A DNA stretch of 61,947 nucleotides, counting the filler, from Rhabdomonas costata (lineage: Eukaryota): the NCBI GenBank assembly GCA_019059605.1. It is 27 parts of 27 records of this genome, joined end to end, with 100 filler letters (N's around TTAATTAATTAA, not from the genome) between each part and the next. Parts side by side here need not be neighbours in the genome. Positions count along the whole stretch, not along the records: positions 25,282 to 27,477 come from JAHMHO010004908.1; positions 27,578 to 29,775 come from JAHMHO010004909.1; positions 29,876 to 32,113 come from JAHMHO010004910.1; positions 32,214 to 34,400 come from JAHMHO010004911.1; positions 34,501 to 36,697 come from JAHMHO010004912.1; 22 more parts are not named here. One strand, 5' to 3'. The position numbers were made by a program, and so were the translations under genes. Under the pieces are notes generated by a model. That model did no database searches, was not told the DNA's origin, and worked only from the letters and a program-made list of their open reading frames with translations. Of this stretch, positions 25,182 to 36,797 are shown one piece after another. How positions within the stretch are numbered: the stretch's first letter is position 1; each line of letters opens with the position of its first letter.

Positions 25182-25708
25182 NNNNNNNNNNNNNNNNNNN
25201 NNNNNNNNNNNNNNNNNNNNNNNNNTTAATTAATTAANNNNNNNNNNNNNNNNNNNNNNNNNNNNNNNNNNNNNNNNNNNNCTGCGGTCACGATGACAGG
25301 GAGCCACATCCACATCCACGAAGACTGGAAACCGTTCGATGAGATGGGCAGAGAACCTCACAGGAGACATGCCCGAAAGCAGAGGAGCGAATTCTGCCCC
25401 GACGTCACTAAGGCCGCTCCAACGCTTCCATGCAGAAAGCCAGATATTCCGCGCATCTTGGGAGAGCCTTTTGGGTATACAGTTCTGCTACGGAGACGTC
25501 TTTAGACATGACCCATACGGTCTCTGGCTGCCGCTGAGCTTCTCCGGGTGTTTTTACGTGGTGATGCTCTTGGGGACTGACTACGTGGAAAACCTCTGCA
25601 AGTGACGTTTCAGTGGGGCGCCGCTAGGAAGACGAGCGTGGCACAGGTTTGGATTTAAGCGCGGAAAAAGTAAGGAATGCAGCCCCATTCTTCCCAAAAA
25701 GGAAGTAC

Positions 25709-26931
25709 CTCGTCGCTGTCCGAGTCAACGGCGTGCCTCAGCTCGAACACCAGCTGCGGGGGCGGAATCCCCGCCACCACCGGGACCCCGTGCAAGGACG
25801 ACGACCCGGTGTATACCGGAGAGCCCGGGCCAGGGCTAACCCGCAGCGCCGAAGTCAGCCCCAGCCCCTCCTCCCCGAGGGACTCCAGCAGAAGAGCGGC
25901 GCTTGCGCGGAGTGGGGAGGACGCGGGGAGGGCGGCGGCACTTGCAGTGGCAAAGGAGGGGCCGCCGGTGCTGGCGAAGGTTGCGGAGAAGGTCGCCGTG
26001 CGGGAGGGGAGAGGGTGGCATGCCACGGGAACCACCATCTCCACAACGGAGACCTGCACGCAGGTCCACGTGGAAAGAAAGGCAAATGCCATGCAGGAGA
26101 GGAAAGAGCAGTACAAGCATATGGATGTGGGGGAGCAATGTTGAACATGGTGGCTGAAGAAAAGGTAGACAAGGAAGCCTTCTCAGCAGAACGCGTACCA
26201 GCTGGCCGATGAACATCTGCTTGACATCCTTCCACGTCGTATTGCACACCAGCACCTCCGTCCTCAAGTGTGCATTCAACGAGCACTGCGCCTCGGCCAG
26301 AGCAGCCACAGGGCCCAGCACAGCGAAGCCCAGCCTCGTCTTGGAGCCGATATTGCCTGTGTAATCACAGATGCATTCACGGTGACCCCAACTCAATGTC
26401 CTTTTCGAATGCGCATAGGAAAGTCTTAACGAAGCCGCGTCTCGTTATGTAGGGTAGAGATGAATGACTTATATTGAGTTGACTTTTCCGCACGCAGCAC
26501 TTCGATCAAAACGTGCAAACAGAAAACAGAGGTCACACTATACAAAGAAAACGCAAGTATCCGCGGCTGATGCCCGATGGCTGTTTTCAGTCATACCAGG
26601 ATTATGTGGCCATTTTCGCAGGAAAGGTTTCAGTGGGGGAGGCCGGCACAGAAGCTCAACATACCCGCAACTCAGACGCCAATACCACACAACCCTTCCA
26701 ACTTGTGTGTCGCACGGCCTGACAACGCCGGGAAAAGTCACTGGAAACGCATATTGTGGAAAACAGAGGAACCATGATGGCCTGTGTGTGTATGTGTGTA
26801 CGGAGGGGGCACGAGAGGAGGGAAGTACCCACGTGAGCCTCCCCAGTGGCCACCGCGGAGCGCACCTTGCGGCTCAGGAAGTCCCTGTTGCGGGCCACCG
26901 TGTCCCTCAGGGAAAGCGCAGCATGGCACGC
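25709..26931 (-). CDS. Class III adenylate/guanylate cyclase-like domain, partial, catalytically degenerate
   Basis: Exons 26931-26829 (ACHAALSL..VRSAVATGEAHVG), 26356-26199 (NIGSKTRLGFAVLGPVAALAEA..LNAHLRTEVLV) and 26053-25709 (low-complexity insert, then QLVFEL), all GT-AG and in phase. Confidence 0.8.
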
Positions 26932-27633
26932 CTGCAACAGGAGGCAGGGAAACAGTTAGGCGGAGCGGTAGGTGAGGGAGAGTGGGAGAGGGTGCGGGGA
27001 AGGCCAGCCCGGGCATAGGGTTAGGCGTCAGGTCCCCCAATGACCCATCAAGCCCAAGCCACCAAACAGTTGACCACCCCAAAAAACGCTGAGCGCCAGC
27101 GAAGCCTCGGTAAGGTGCCATTCCTGAAGGGCGCCAACACAGCAATGCCACTTTGAAAGAAAGGCAGTTCGTTTCTCCTCTGCTCAGTCCCATGAAGATT
27201 AAACACCATGCGTTCAGCACGGCAGCACAAGAACACGGCACCGCCACAAGAGCACGGGAGAAGGGTGGGTGCTCTCCCCAGAGATCAGAGGTCAAGGATG
27301 TACAGGACAGGCATGACCTACCACACCAAGGGTTGCCGTACGAAAGCACTCACGAAGGGTGCGGGCACACTCCGAGCAATACACACACTCCGGCACAGAC
27401 AACACGCCTCAGCGTTCCACCCGGAACCGCTCTCTCACAGACACCTCGCGAGGGGCCGAATACGGAGAACACCAAAANNNNNNNNNNNNNNNNNNNNNNN
27501 NNNNNNNNNNNNNNNNNNNNNTTAATTAATTAANNNNNNNNNNNNNNNNNNNNNNNNNNNNNNNNNNNNNNNNNNNNTGTTGGTTGTCAAAACAAATTTT
27601 AAGTTTTCCGTTACCTTTGGGTGCAAAAATGAT

Positions 27634-29600
27634 CTGCCTCCTTGAATATCAGGAGATGCAAAAGCAGCTGAAGGAACTAACTTATCTTTGATTAATTGAA
27701 ACTACCGTGTATCATGACAAGTATTAAGCCTACGGCAGTCATTTTTACCATGGACAGCCGCCTCATACATGCTAATTCAATTGCGAATCATTTTTGCACC
27801 CAAAGGTAACGGAAAACTTAAAATTTGTTTTGACTACCAACCTTTGAAGGCAATTACTACAGTAGACGCGTATTACCTACCGAGGATTGATGAAATTATT
27901 GACCAAGCTTGATATCAACTCGGACTTTTACAAAATCCGAGTGCACTCCAATAGAGTCCACCGCACTGCCTTTAAGACTAAGTACGGCACGTTTCACCTC
28001 AGGTCATTCCATTTGTGTTGTGTAACGCCCATATTACCTTCCAACGGACGATAGACTTTGTCCTGTCCAATCTCAGTGAGTTAGCCTGAGCATACATTGG
28101 CGATGTGCTAATGTTTACTATGGCACTTGAGGAACATATGCACGCCATCAAACAAGTGTGCAAACGACTTGACAAGAACAAACTCTTTGCCAACAAGGAC
28201 ATGTTCTTCTTTAGTCAACCGGAAGTTGAGCACTTTGTTTTCATCGTTGGACACGAAAACTGGCAGTAGTTCACATTTTTACAACCAAGCGCAACACTAC
28301 TGATGGGAAAAGCTAGTGCATTTGTGGTTTCTACCAACTTTTGTCACTGACTACGCTACCTCTGCAGCGCCACTAACTGATTTAATTAAGAAGCACCAAA
28401 TGTTTCAGTTGGGAGAGAAATAAACAGAAGCGTTTGTGGAAATCAAACGCCACCTCCTCATAAACCACGTACTAATGGTTCCAAATTTGTCCAAGCTATC
28501 CATTCTCCATTAGGAGGATGTATGGCTAGAAAAACTACAGACGTTCTCGCTCAATATCATCCACATACCGTGTATACTTAACTCAGCCGCTGATGCTTTG
28601 TCCCCAAAACCGATGTATGAGCCAGCTGAATTCAGTTCTCTGATATAAGAAGACACTAAAAAGCCGCTCCAATCTACTTTAATGGTCATCTCTTCCCGCC
28701 AATCCAGATGCATCCAGCAGAACTGGCTCAATGTATACCGTGACGACCAAGAGTGCAGAGCCAAGTACTTTAATTTTGATACCATTTTTTTAAGAATTGA
28801 TGGAGCGTTAAGCTACCGGTTATGACGCACGTGGTAATACAACCGTATTGTGTTTACAGCATCCAGAATTGCGTAAGTCATCGAAAAGTAACACAATTAC
28901 AATGCAGCTTGACACTGGTGAATTCACCTGACCGTGGCCATGATGAAAAGTAGCTACACATTTTCCATATAAAGAGAGGAGTCAGCAAGTATGTCGAAAC
29001 GTGCCACCAGTGTCACCTAAGTTAGGCAGAGCACAATCTACCGCGTGGTCTAATGGAAGCTCTAAGATCCCTAAACTGAAATTGCAGTCTGTCTCAATAG
29101 ACTGAACAAAAGTGGACGAGTTCCAACTACCTGGCAAATCTGTGGTCTTTGACCAGATCCTAACGGTCACAGACATGGAACCAAAATGGTTCCTCTGATC
29201 CCAGCCCACAATAATAACACCGCTTAGATGACAGCAACCGAGTTTTTGGATGCCGTTTTCAAGTATCATGGGCTACATCTAAGTTTGGTCTCCGGCAGGG
29301 ATCACAGAGATTTTCATGCGCTCTTTGGAAGACATTTTTCAGATTACTGGACATCAAAACATGAGTATCAACCACGTAACATCCGCAGACTAAAGTACAA
29401 TCTTTACTACTAATCGGACACTAAAGCAGATCCTCCTCAGTAATGCAGATCCAACGCCATACCCTTCGCTGGTTTTATTCACAACATTGGAGGAAGTCGC
29501 CATTAACAACGCTCCAATTGCTAGCACGAAGTTTAGTCACTAATACGTGAACTACGGATTTCATTTTCTCTTTGGAGATGTACCAAATGCTACAGAACAG
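27634..29600 (+). mobile_element. Decayed Ty3/Gypsy LTR retrotransposon pol (RT, RNase H, integrase)
   Basis: Fragments IIFAPKGNGKLKICFDY, YLPRIDEIID, TAFKTKYGTF, IPFVLCNAHITFQR, YIGDVLMF, HIPCILNSAADALS, QSVSID and FKYHGL..LVSGRD occur in RT-RH-IN order with many stops and frameshifts. Confidence 0.92.
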
Positions 29601-29875
29601 TGTAGCAGTTCTGCGCAGAGACATTCATGGAGTTTGCGAAGCGTTTGAAAAAAGGTTGGAAGTTCATGCCGCCTTTGAAAAAAGAACCAAGCAATCATGT
29701 TAGCTCAGTCCAATCTAAAACGGGACTACAAGTTCCTCGTAGACTATATGGTACTTGTCAACCAGACCAACCACANNNNNNNNNNNNNNNNNNNNNNNNN
29801 NNNNNNNNNNNNNNNNNNNTTAATTAATTAANNNNNNNNNNNNNNNNNNNNNNNNNNNNNNNNNNNNNNNNNNNN

Positions 29876-29880
<5 letters not shown>

Positions 29881-29920
<40 letters not shown>
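29881..29920 (+). repeat. (GT)20 microsatellite
   Basis: Read directly from the sequence. Confidence 0.97.
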
Positions 29921-29921
<1 letters not shown>

Positions 29922-30875
29922 AGATAAAAACATTCCCCTGGTCAATTCCGCAAATCAAATCCATCCATACCAATCAGTGTGTCAGGGCATTAGCATGTCG
30001 GCTTGATGCAATTTTCGTTTGTGCACGCCCACTGCATCACCACATCCATGAGGACGACGACGATAAGGTTTTTTGTGTAACGGGCGCTCCACGCCTCCAA
30101 GCTAGAGAACGCCGAAACGGCAGCGAGGGGGTCCTGGGGGGATCACCCTCGGGAAGCCCGAGTGTCGGCCCCTGTAGTAGGTGAGGAAACAACAGGGTAT
30201 GGCATTTAAAGGTGAAAGAGGTGGCGAATGCCGCGAAAGTCTCGCGACTGCTCGAGACTCCGTCATCTCCAGGTAACTAGTGTCCCGAGAAGTACCACCC
30301 CGTGGTGCATCGACTCTACCGTGGGTAGGTATGGTGTCCATCAAGTGGGATTCGAGTCTCCAGCGGCGTCGATGGAGTAGTTGTGGTCTTTCGTTCGTGC
30401 TAACTGTCAGCAGTAGGTGTCCGGCAATGTCACTGTTTCACAAGGATATTATGGCAGGTATATTGCACCCATATTGTGCGGCAATTTTAAGGTCCAGTGA
30501 TGAACCCTACCATTTGAGTGTGTAACTGTTTGGGCGCAGGCTCCAGAACTTTTTTTAATAGTTATGTATGGTACCAGGAACCACGTGCCAGATATTCAAC
30601 CTTCGGCCATAGGAATAGGGGTTGTGTTTGTGGTTGTAGCGCGTACGGTCTTCGAAAAGGCACATGGTAGCGTTCCTCCAAGTTATGGCGTAACGTTCCT
30701 TACAACGGTATTTTTTGATCCACAAAACTTAGTCACTGGAAGTGAGGGGACAGGGACAGGGAGTTGGTCTGAGCACAAAAAAAGGCACGACTAGCTCTGC
30801 CCGAGAAAGCCTTGCGACCCTTCTGCTTTGCTTTATCCGAAAACCAGTGCGTATTCACATGCTATGTCCCTTCAG

Positions 30876-32086
30876 GGTTACCTCGGACTTTCGCTTCACC
30901 ATCTCCATCACCCACGTCAACCACGCCCCGCAGTGGGTGCCGTTTGTCCCCGTCTCCGTCAGCCAGTCCACCGCAACCTCGCTTTTGCTGAACGGCACCG
31001 ACGTCGACGCCCCCTCCGTTCCCACCAACCTGACCTGGGTGCTGCGCACGCTTCCCTCCGCGGGCACTCTGAGCCGCTCCCCATCGGGGGCAGGCGAGCT
31101 GGGGGTGAACGCCTCATGGGCGGTAGGGGGGGGGCTGTGGTACCGGCCCAGCTTGGCCACCCCCGAGGCCTACCTCAGCTGTGGGTCAGATTTCACAGAT
31201 AAGTTTGAGGTGGTTCTGTTTGACGGGGAGGCGTACGATGAGCCGCGGTGGTTCAGTGTGAAGGGCATGAACTGCACATCATGCCCAGAACCCTACGTGC
31301 TTGAGGCCAAGCAGGTTTGTGCTGAAACTTGTTGATGCAAACACTCACTGGTGCTTCTCGCTGGTGGGGGAACACCGTTCTCTACTACTGGCGGTCACAC
31401 ACACATACATACGCACAAGCACCGTGTGTGGAGAATCAACATGTGTGTGAAGCACGGGACCAAGATTGCCCTTTTTCCCTGTGGTACATGTGTGTGGCCG
31501 GGAGATAGTCCATTCTTAGTCGTTAATTAAGTCTTAAGTCTAGCGGCTGCTCGAGATTCCGTCTCCTGATAACTTATGTCCCCCAACAGGCTGGCACCCA
31601 TGTTCCATCAGGGGAGACCCACAGTTGGTTGGGTAGGCCCAGAGTTGCCTTCCTAACGCCTAATCGAGACCACTGTGGTAGACCGTGATATGGATTCGAG
31701 CCGACTTCGGTGCCTGAAAGTGTCCGTACCAGTGTTCTCCTTTCTGTGTGTAAAGGTGTGTATGTGTGCAATGTTTGCCCCATAAGATGCCACTTGCAAG
31801 CATCCTTAGATGAATACAGGTCTAGTTAAAGATGCTTCGTATGCGGGAAGGCAATGAACAGTAGAGCTCAGACAAGACGTTTCCAGTTTCCAGATTCACC
31901 ACCATTATACCGATGTACATCCACCCTCAGGGTACCTGCCAGCCCTGCACCGGGGGCCTGGTGTACAGCGAAAGCCCTGCCGGGGGGCGTTGTGGACCTC
32001 CCGCGCCCTCGATGTGGTGGGTCGCTCTGGTCATTGCGTTGCCCGTGGGGTTCGCCGTACTGTTGCTGATCATGCTTGCGGTGGCA
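30876..32086 (+). CDS. Type I membrane protein fragment: cadherin/Big_9-like Ig repeat, Cys-rich segment and TM helix
   Basis: Exon 30876-31314 reads ISITHVNHAPQ..LNGTDVD..LRTLPSAGTL..LWYRP..TDKFEVVLFDG..CTSCP. Exon 31931 to about 32086 reads GTCQPCTGG..WWVALVIALPVGFAVLLLIMLAVA. The join is GT-AG, phase 0. Confidence 0.8.
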
Positions 32087-32213
32087 TCTTATGGGGCAAA
32101 CATTGCACACAACNNNNNNNNNNNNNNNNNNNNNNNNNNNNNNNNNNNNNNNNNNNNTTAATTAATTAANNNNNNNNNNNNNNNNNNNNNNNNNNNNNNN
32201 NNNNNNNNNNNNN

Positions 32214-32653
32214 GAAGATCCTTCCCAGCGTGGAATGCAGGGTGAAGGAGGGGCCGCCAATATGGGCGGCCGATGACACAATCGGAGACAGGACTGGGAG
32301 CCAAGAGCAATTGGGTTCGGAAGACGCAGCTAGCGGGTGGGAAAGAGGGAAGAAATCACATCAAAAGATGTGACAGCGGAGCGAGACGGAACGCAGGTAA
32401 GGGTAGGGGGTGGCAGTTGCTGACGAGGCACTTTGCTTGGGAAGGTTAGACGAAGATGACCCGTTTACTCGATTCCTGCACAATATTTCAGAGGGGTTGG
32501 ATGAGTATGCCCCTCCCCCCCAACTCGAAGATCCTTCCCAGCGTGGAATGCAGGGTGAAGGAGGGGCCGCCAATATGGGCGGCCGATGACACAATCGGAG
32601 ACAGGACTGGGAGCCAAGAGCAATTGGGTTCGGAAGACGCAGCTAGCGGGTGG
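32214..32653 (+). repeat. Exact 127-bp direct repeat at contig start
   Basis: 32214-32340 is identical to 32527-32653. Confidence 0.92.
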
Positions 32654-32699
32654 CAACGGTATCCCTGACCGAAGAGAGAGAGATAGAGGAAGGCACAAA

Positions 32700-33836
32700 C
32701 CTGGCGCGGAGCTGATGTGGCGGACTCCGTCAAAGAAGGAGTGCCGGCCCGGATCGCCCACCACGAAAACCTAAGGCATCCCATCCCAGAGACAGCCCAT
32801 CCACAAAGTGCACATTAAAAACGTCAGCCATCCAAAAACAAACCCGTAAGACCGAACGAACGAAAGAACGAAAAGAACGCTCTGCTTTTGAGTGTTCTCA
32901 ACTCAGTCCCCAAGGGGAGGAAGCTCTTGCGGGTGCTGGTTTTGAAGGGGTCGCTCCGCTTGGCAGGGGAGGAGGACTTGAGTTTGGAATTGGAGAAAAG
33001 AAAAGTTGCGGCTGCGCAACCATTTACAGCATCACCGAACGCCGAATTACTGCAACCCCGTGGTTTTCGGTCCATTGTTTTCCAAGCTAAAGGTTCTTAT
33101 GTATACTTAACCAGCGCGTGACTTCTGGTGCGGACAATGAACAGCTTCGTGTGTCAGTGTTGCTTTTCTTACTTTGACTACAGGGAAGGAATGACGAGAA
33201 CGGGGGATATGTATGTCGACTCCGTTAAGACGCCCACAATTGACGCCTCTTCCCTCCATCGCGCTCACCACACTCCATGTCCTTGCAGCTCAGTTGAGGA
33301 TGCCCTGCAGGCACAAAGTACCGCTATAATATGGAGCCGGTGTCATTCAAAAATAAGTGATGGCATTCCTAATTCATTTTGCAAAAGCCGTGCTCGTCAC
33401 CGGCGACCGGCACGGCAGCTTGCGCGCCCGGCGTGATTGGTATGGTAATGGTGGAGGCCGAGCTAGAATGGCAACTGTGCCCCAACTTCAGCCAAACTCA
33501 TGAAGAGCTCTCCCCACGGGGCACTGAGGCAGAAGGGGAGCAGCCTCTGCAGCAAAGGGATGGAGGCGATCTTCTCCGCGGTGAGCTCCTCCCAAAAGAT
33601 ACTGGCCCTGTACGGAATTCACTATTTTATCCCACAGAGTCGCCGTCAAAAAAGACTGGCTCACCTTGGGGTCGTTTGACCCTGTGGCACAGCAGCGGTG
33701 GATGTCTCCGTGAATCCCCAGAAGCATGGCCGCTGACATGGTGTCCGCCTTCGTGACCACAAAACCCACGGCCACGCCTGACGCAGTTAAGGGCATCAGC
33801 ACGGCCTCCCAAACCGCTGCATCCACTGCGCTCCAC
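32700..33836 (-). CDS. Possible divergent septin-like P-loop GTPase, partial exons
   Basis: Putative exons from 33836 (SAVD..VAVGFVVTKADTMS..DI), from about 33607 (SIFWEE..LQRLLPFCLS) and about 32771-32702 (VVGDPGRHSFFDGVR) follow septin order: G4 AKAD, LPFAV, HCDF..LR. Some junctions are unresolved. Confidence 0.4.
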
Positions 33837-34678
33837 CTGCCATAAAAGGAAAAGGCCATCATAAAGAGCATGGGCCGATGCATGACGCTCACATTTTCCC
33901 TCCACACAGGGCCACATGGTCGTCTTTTCTTCAATTCACGGACAAAACAAGAACAGTGAACGCAAGAAAAAGACTCGCCCATATTCTTACTGATGCACTG
34001 ATCTAATGCATGGCCAAAGGAAACGGTACTGAAAACGATGCACTTGAATGCACATGTGAGTATGTGAATAGATAAATGATAGGTCCATACCATCCATACA
34101 TCCACTGATGTGATAATAAAAGGGCCATGCTTTACAAATAGAAAAGCAAGGACTGCGATACTGAAGTCATCGAAGACTGAAATCAGCGCGTGCGCGCACA
34201 CATACACTCACAAGTGCACATGAGTGTGGTGCATACACACATCGTGTACAAGGCATGATTTTGGTGGAGGTCATTCTGCCTCCAGCGCGCTTTGGAATAC
34301 TCTCCCGCTGCCTGGTCGGGGTACGGATCACCCCTCGGCGGAGGTTCTTGAAAAAACCTCAATGGTGCATTAAACCGCGGTTCTAGGGAGCCCCAACACA
34401 NNNNNNNNNNNNNNNNNNNNNNNNNNNNNNNNNNNNNNNNNNNNTTAATTAATTAANNNNNNNNNNNNNNNNNNNNNNNNNNNNNNNNNNNNNNNNNNNN
34501 TGTGGTGGTTATAAAACTCCACCGTGCCCGCAGCAGACAGCAGGGGAGGGGGGGGGCAAGACCCGTGTGAGACATAATTGCAGAAGGATGACTGATGATC
34601 TGACAGTGGGGCATCATGGAGACAACGAATCCTACAGGATAGCAGTAACCATCAAAGGAGACGCACGAATACCGGAAC

Positions 34679-35043
34679 CAACAGCCGTGTTGGGCGCGAC
34701 CTTGGTCTGCATTGGTTGCGGAGCTGGCATGCCACCTTTGGGCATAAAAGAAAGAGTCACAAGGTCAACAGAAAAAAGAACCTTGGCTAAGGTACACAAA
34801 GCAAAGCATGGACAGCGGGAAGTGCTCCGTCTTCACTGGCATATTTTTTTTTGCTGTACGTAACGTAATCAGAAACAAAAGCGTTAGGAGGAAAAGCCTC
34901 AAAGTTCCTTCCTTACCTCGAGGTGCCTCTTCCGCATGGGGCTTCAGCACCGCGCCCTGCACCAGCGGCGTCACAAGAGCAACCACCACCACCGCAACTA
35001 TCACCGCAGAGGGAAGCAACCGAGTACCAAATAATGCCGCCAT
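34679..35043 (-). CDS. Secreted or membrane hypothetical protein, first two exons (signal peptide)
   Basis: The ATG at 35043 starts MAALFGTRLLPSAVIVAVVVVALVTPLVQGA, with a strong donor G|gtaagg at 34917. An in-phase second exon lies at 34735-34679. Confidence 0.6.
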
Positions 35044-36797
35044 CGTGTATGCAGCTGTCCGCAGAAAGTGAGGGTGCGGGCTCCAAGCTGCACGAACGAC
35101 AAAAAAAACTTGTGACAACGCACCCCGTCCTAAACCGCCGCATACGATTTGGTGAAAACCCAGCCAAAATACGTGGAGGGTAGTCACCGAATTCAAAGGA
35201 AATACACACCACACCCTGAAACGGAGCGAAACATTCGCTGCAGTCCCTCCAATTTGACAACCAAGGCCACACCACAAAAGTTGCGGTAAAAGCTACCAAC
35301 CTCCGATCAGAAAAGAGACACCTGATTTGCAGCAGGCGGCGGAGGTGGAAACCTCGCGTGCCAGGACATGCACAGACGTGTGGAAACGAAACCCCAACCC
35401 AGGTGTCGCGTCCGACCCCTCTGAAGCGGTGGCAAGCGCGGACCGAAATGGATACTCTCGGCATCCCCCCCAAAACCAGGAAAACATCGGCAAGAAAGCA
35501 CGCCATGACCATGCAAAGCTTTGCCGGAGAGTTCAGCGTCCAAAGGTACAGAACGGCTCGGGGACGGAAAAGAGGAAGCCGCGATAACAAAAGCAGACCG
35601 GAGTAGAAATCCAGAAGAGAAATTTGGGAAACCAGAGGTAGGTAGGTTGCCCAATCGGGGGGTTGCAGTGGCATTGGTGAGGGCCTGCCTGCCTTTGGGA
35701 CGACGGATGCACAAAGGGGTGAACGGGTGAAGACTTTCATGATTTACAGTGTGACGGCATGTGTGAGGGTGCTACAATAATGCCATGATTGGTGAAGGTG
35801 GTCCCTGAACAAGGTTTTCGAGTCCCTTGCTGTTTCCAACCTAAAATCCACAAAAAAAATCCCAGGCAGTCTATCTGAACGTGGATGCTCAGCAGCATTT
35901 CCCTTCGCCATGATGGCGCCTCAGGTTGCTTAAAAGTTTGTCCGCAATGGTCCACTGGGTGAGATGTCCCTGGTCGAAAAGAAAGGACCGGCCCCCCTGG
36001 CGCCTGACTGGATGAGAGAGGGATGAGCGTAAAAACGGGGGTCAGGGTATATCAGCAACGCAGGAGCAATAACCAGGACCACAGCAATCCCATCGCTGCC
36101 TTGCCTTCAGCGCACATACTTCTCACTTCTTCAGAAGAACCCCTGAAAAAACACAGGGTAAATACACTCCCCTAAAAGTCCAAGCTGGGACGGAAAAAGC
36201 ATCAGCCCTCACAAGCGACCAGCGCAGCTGTGCTCATCGCAAACTTCCAGATAGCTCATTCCAAAACAAAGCCCACTCATCCACACCCACAGCACTCAAA
36301 ACACAACAGCAACATCGCATATCGCATGGTCAAAGGTATACCCAGCGAGCCAGGAATCAGCGGCGCAAGTGAATCGGACAACGCCAACAGAATCTAGAAA
36401 ACTAGCCCCTACACACACAACTCGGGATGGTTCCGGATTGTGGTGTTCAGCTCGCAAGGGGAAAACAAAAAGAAGCGCCTTTAAGGGGAGAAGGCCCGCC
36501 CTTTTCTGAGCAAAGCAGGCACGAAGGGTTTATGTGGGAAAAGAAACGACCTTCTCCATCCAAAAAAAAAGGGCGCACCAAAGGGAAGAGAAAGCCCTCA
36601 GGGAGCTTTCGCTTGGATGGACTCCGCATGGGGGGCCGCAACCTCCGCTCCGCGATAATCTGTTCAGAATGCAATGACACCGAAAACCCCAAAACACNNN
36701 NNNNNNNNNNNNNNNNNNNNNNNNNNNNNNNNNNNNNNNNNTTAATTAATTAANNNNNNNNNNNNNNNNNNNNNNNNNNNNNNNNNNNNNNNNNNNN

